NCBI RefSeq assembly: GCF_902713615.1
Contig: NW_024055476.1
Span: forward strand, 62,001-126,000
Reading direction: 5' to 3'
Source of the DNA: Scyliorhinus canicula
Taxonomy: Eukaryota
Length of the DNA: 64,000 bases
Shown piece by piece: positions 62,415 through 64,000 of this stretch (position 1 is its first letter; each line of letters opens with the position of its first letter). Under the pieces are notes generated by a model, which was given only the letters and a program-made list of their open reading frames with translations, was not told the origin of the DNA and did no database searches. The position numbers were made by a program, and so were the translations under genes.

Positions 62415-62740
62415 GGGCAGCAGGGTAGCATGGTGGTTCGCATAAATGCTTCACAGCTCCAGGGTCCCAGGTTCGATTCCCGGCTGGGTCACTGTCTGTG
62501 TGGAGTCTGCACGTCCTCCCCTTGTGTGCGTGGGTTTCCTCCCACAGTCCAAAGATGTGCGGGTTAGGTGGATTGCCCATGCTAAATTGCCCGTGGTGTC
62601 CTAATAAAAGTAGGGTTAAGGGGGAGGTTGTTGGGTTACGGGTATAGGGTGGATACGTGGGTTTGAGTAGGGCGATCATGGCTCGGCACAACATTGAGGG
62701 CCGAAGGGCCTGTTCTGTGCTGTACTGTTCTATGTTCTAT
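62415..62740 (+). mobile_element. Full-length SINE with CR1-like tail
   Basis: Same subfamily as 10983-11322. Confidence 0.87.
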
Positions 62741-62791
62741 GAGCAGTGGCATGGTGTGTTACAGCAGTAACTGATACTACTATAATGAAAT

Positions 62792-63007
62792 AAAAGAGAA
62801 AATGCTGGAAAATCTCAGCAGGTCTGACATCATCTGTAGGGAGAAAAAAGAGCTAACGTTTCGAGTCCAATGACTACTTTGACAAAGAGTCTTTCGACTC
62901 GAAACTTTAGCTCTTTTCTCTCCCTATAGATGCTGCCAGACCTGCTGAGATTTTCCAGCATTATCTCTTGTGTTTCAGATTGCAGCATCCGCAGTAATTT
63001 GTTTTCA
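62792..63007. mobile_element. Hairpin (fold-back) element with 14-bp flanking direct repeat
   Basis: gctggaaaatctcagcaggtctg..cagacctgctgagattttccagc; tactataatgaaat at 62778-62791 and 63008-63021. Confidence 0.7.
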
Positions 63008-64000
63008 TACTATAATGAAATGATACACTAAGCTAGACAATGCCTCTGTAGTTTACGAGGTGCAATCTCAGGTAATACCACACAGCACCATGCATCATCG
63101 AAATATGAAAACATTTTAGATAGTAGTAGGAGAAGGCCATTCGGCCCTTCGAACCAGTTTCTCCATCCAACGTGATCACAATGGGTTCTCTATCAAAACT
63201 ATACCCCAGCACATTTTCCACACACTTTGACACATTTAGTGTTCTATTTCCTTCTTAAATATATTCAGTAATATTGCCTGCACAGCCCACTGTCCGAAAA
63301 ATGCTCATTTACAGATTTTATGGATCGTGCCTCCATTTTCACTGCACTTCTTGTTATTGCCTCTGAGTCATGTCTCGGTAATTACTCGCCCCAATGTTAT
63401 CGGAATTAATATTCCACCAGCCAGCTATCAATTGTTTCTTCACTAGAAACTGTAAATTCATACTGGAACATCTGAAGGCACTTTCAGAATGGATGGTTTC
63501 CGAGGATAAACAAAGGGGTCTGCTGTGTGCACACGGTGCAGCATTTGCCTACGATCGGCTCGACCTCATACGCCCATGTTTGCGATTAATTATTTCAAGT
63601 TCTTTCCTCGCAAATATATTTCAATATTTGTGTATCAATGCAGCACTAAACACCAGAACACTTACAAATACGTAAACCACGTCAAAGTATCCGTCAACTA
63701 AAAGCACAATATGTCAGATATTGAAAGAGACAGATTTTTATCAGAGATCAGACTTCAGCTCAGAGTTAGGAAGAGGTGTTTTGATTGATGGAGGCGCAGA
63801 GAATTATCTTGGGGCTGGGAGGGACCGCAAAAGTTGCAGTCAGTAGTTCACCCCAGGGAACAAATTAAAGGCATGGACTCGTCTCTTAATTTGTTTATCA
63901 CCGATCTGTAACTAAAGGGCATGTTGGAATTTAATTGCCCCTCTGGAGACTCTCACTGGTATAAATGAGGGACCATTTGGAAGTCTTGCAGACCTAGTAT

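Noticed and set aside
1753-62694. Dozens of 60-150 aa ORFs such as MGGNRSTRRKP.. and ..GFPPGAPVSSHSPKMC..
   Set aside because: Translations of SINE copies or antisense CR1 frames
1-64000. NAR-TCR V, supporting V-delta, IgH V, D, J or C segments
   Set aside because: No IgNAR-like V, no leaderless V with CDR1 Cys, no 12-RSS-flanked D/J, no FGxG J motif and no C1-set exon recognised

Overview
Vertebrate genomic DNA. The repeat content (CR1 LINEs plus tRNA-headed SINEs with CR1-like tails) points to a cartilaginous fish, probably a shark (inference). Bases ~0.9-52 kb hold a T-cell receptor alpha/delta-type V-segment array. It contains 7 apparently intact leader+V+RSS genes (9347+, 13901+, 26458+, 33777+, 47758-, 49845-, 51953-), 1 open V with Trp41->Cys (42363+) and about 14 pseudogenes or fragments on both strands. 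No D, J or C segments were seen. The array is built from a repeated three-family V cassette and two nested inverted duplications (13.4-23.2 kb vs 41.3-48.3 kb; 31.4-33.2 kb vs 38.3-40.4 kb). CTCF-consensus motifs occupy two stereotyped positions: ~25 bp downstream of the RSS nonamer in one V group, and ~170-200 bp upstream of the leader in another. Several RSSs have 22- or 24-nt spacers instead of 23. Other content: a full-length CR1 LINE with 282-bp TATA-bearing 5' monomers, three tRNA genes (2 Thr-CGT, 1 Glu-TTC), a Mutator-like DNA transposon remnant, a processed RPE pseudogene fragment, degraded L1 and RTE elements and many SINEs. All analysis is by eye, so repeat and pseudogene boundaries are approximate.
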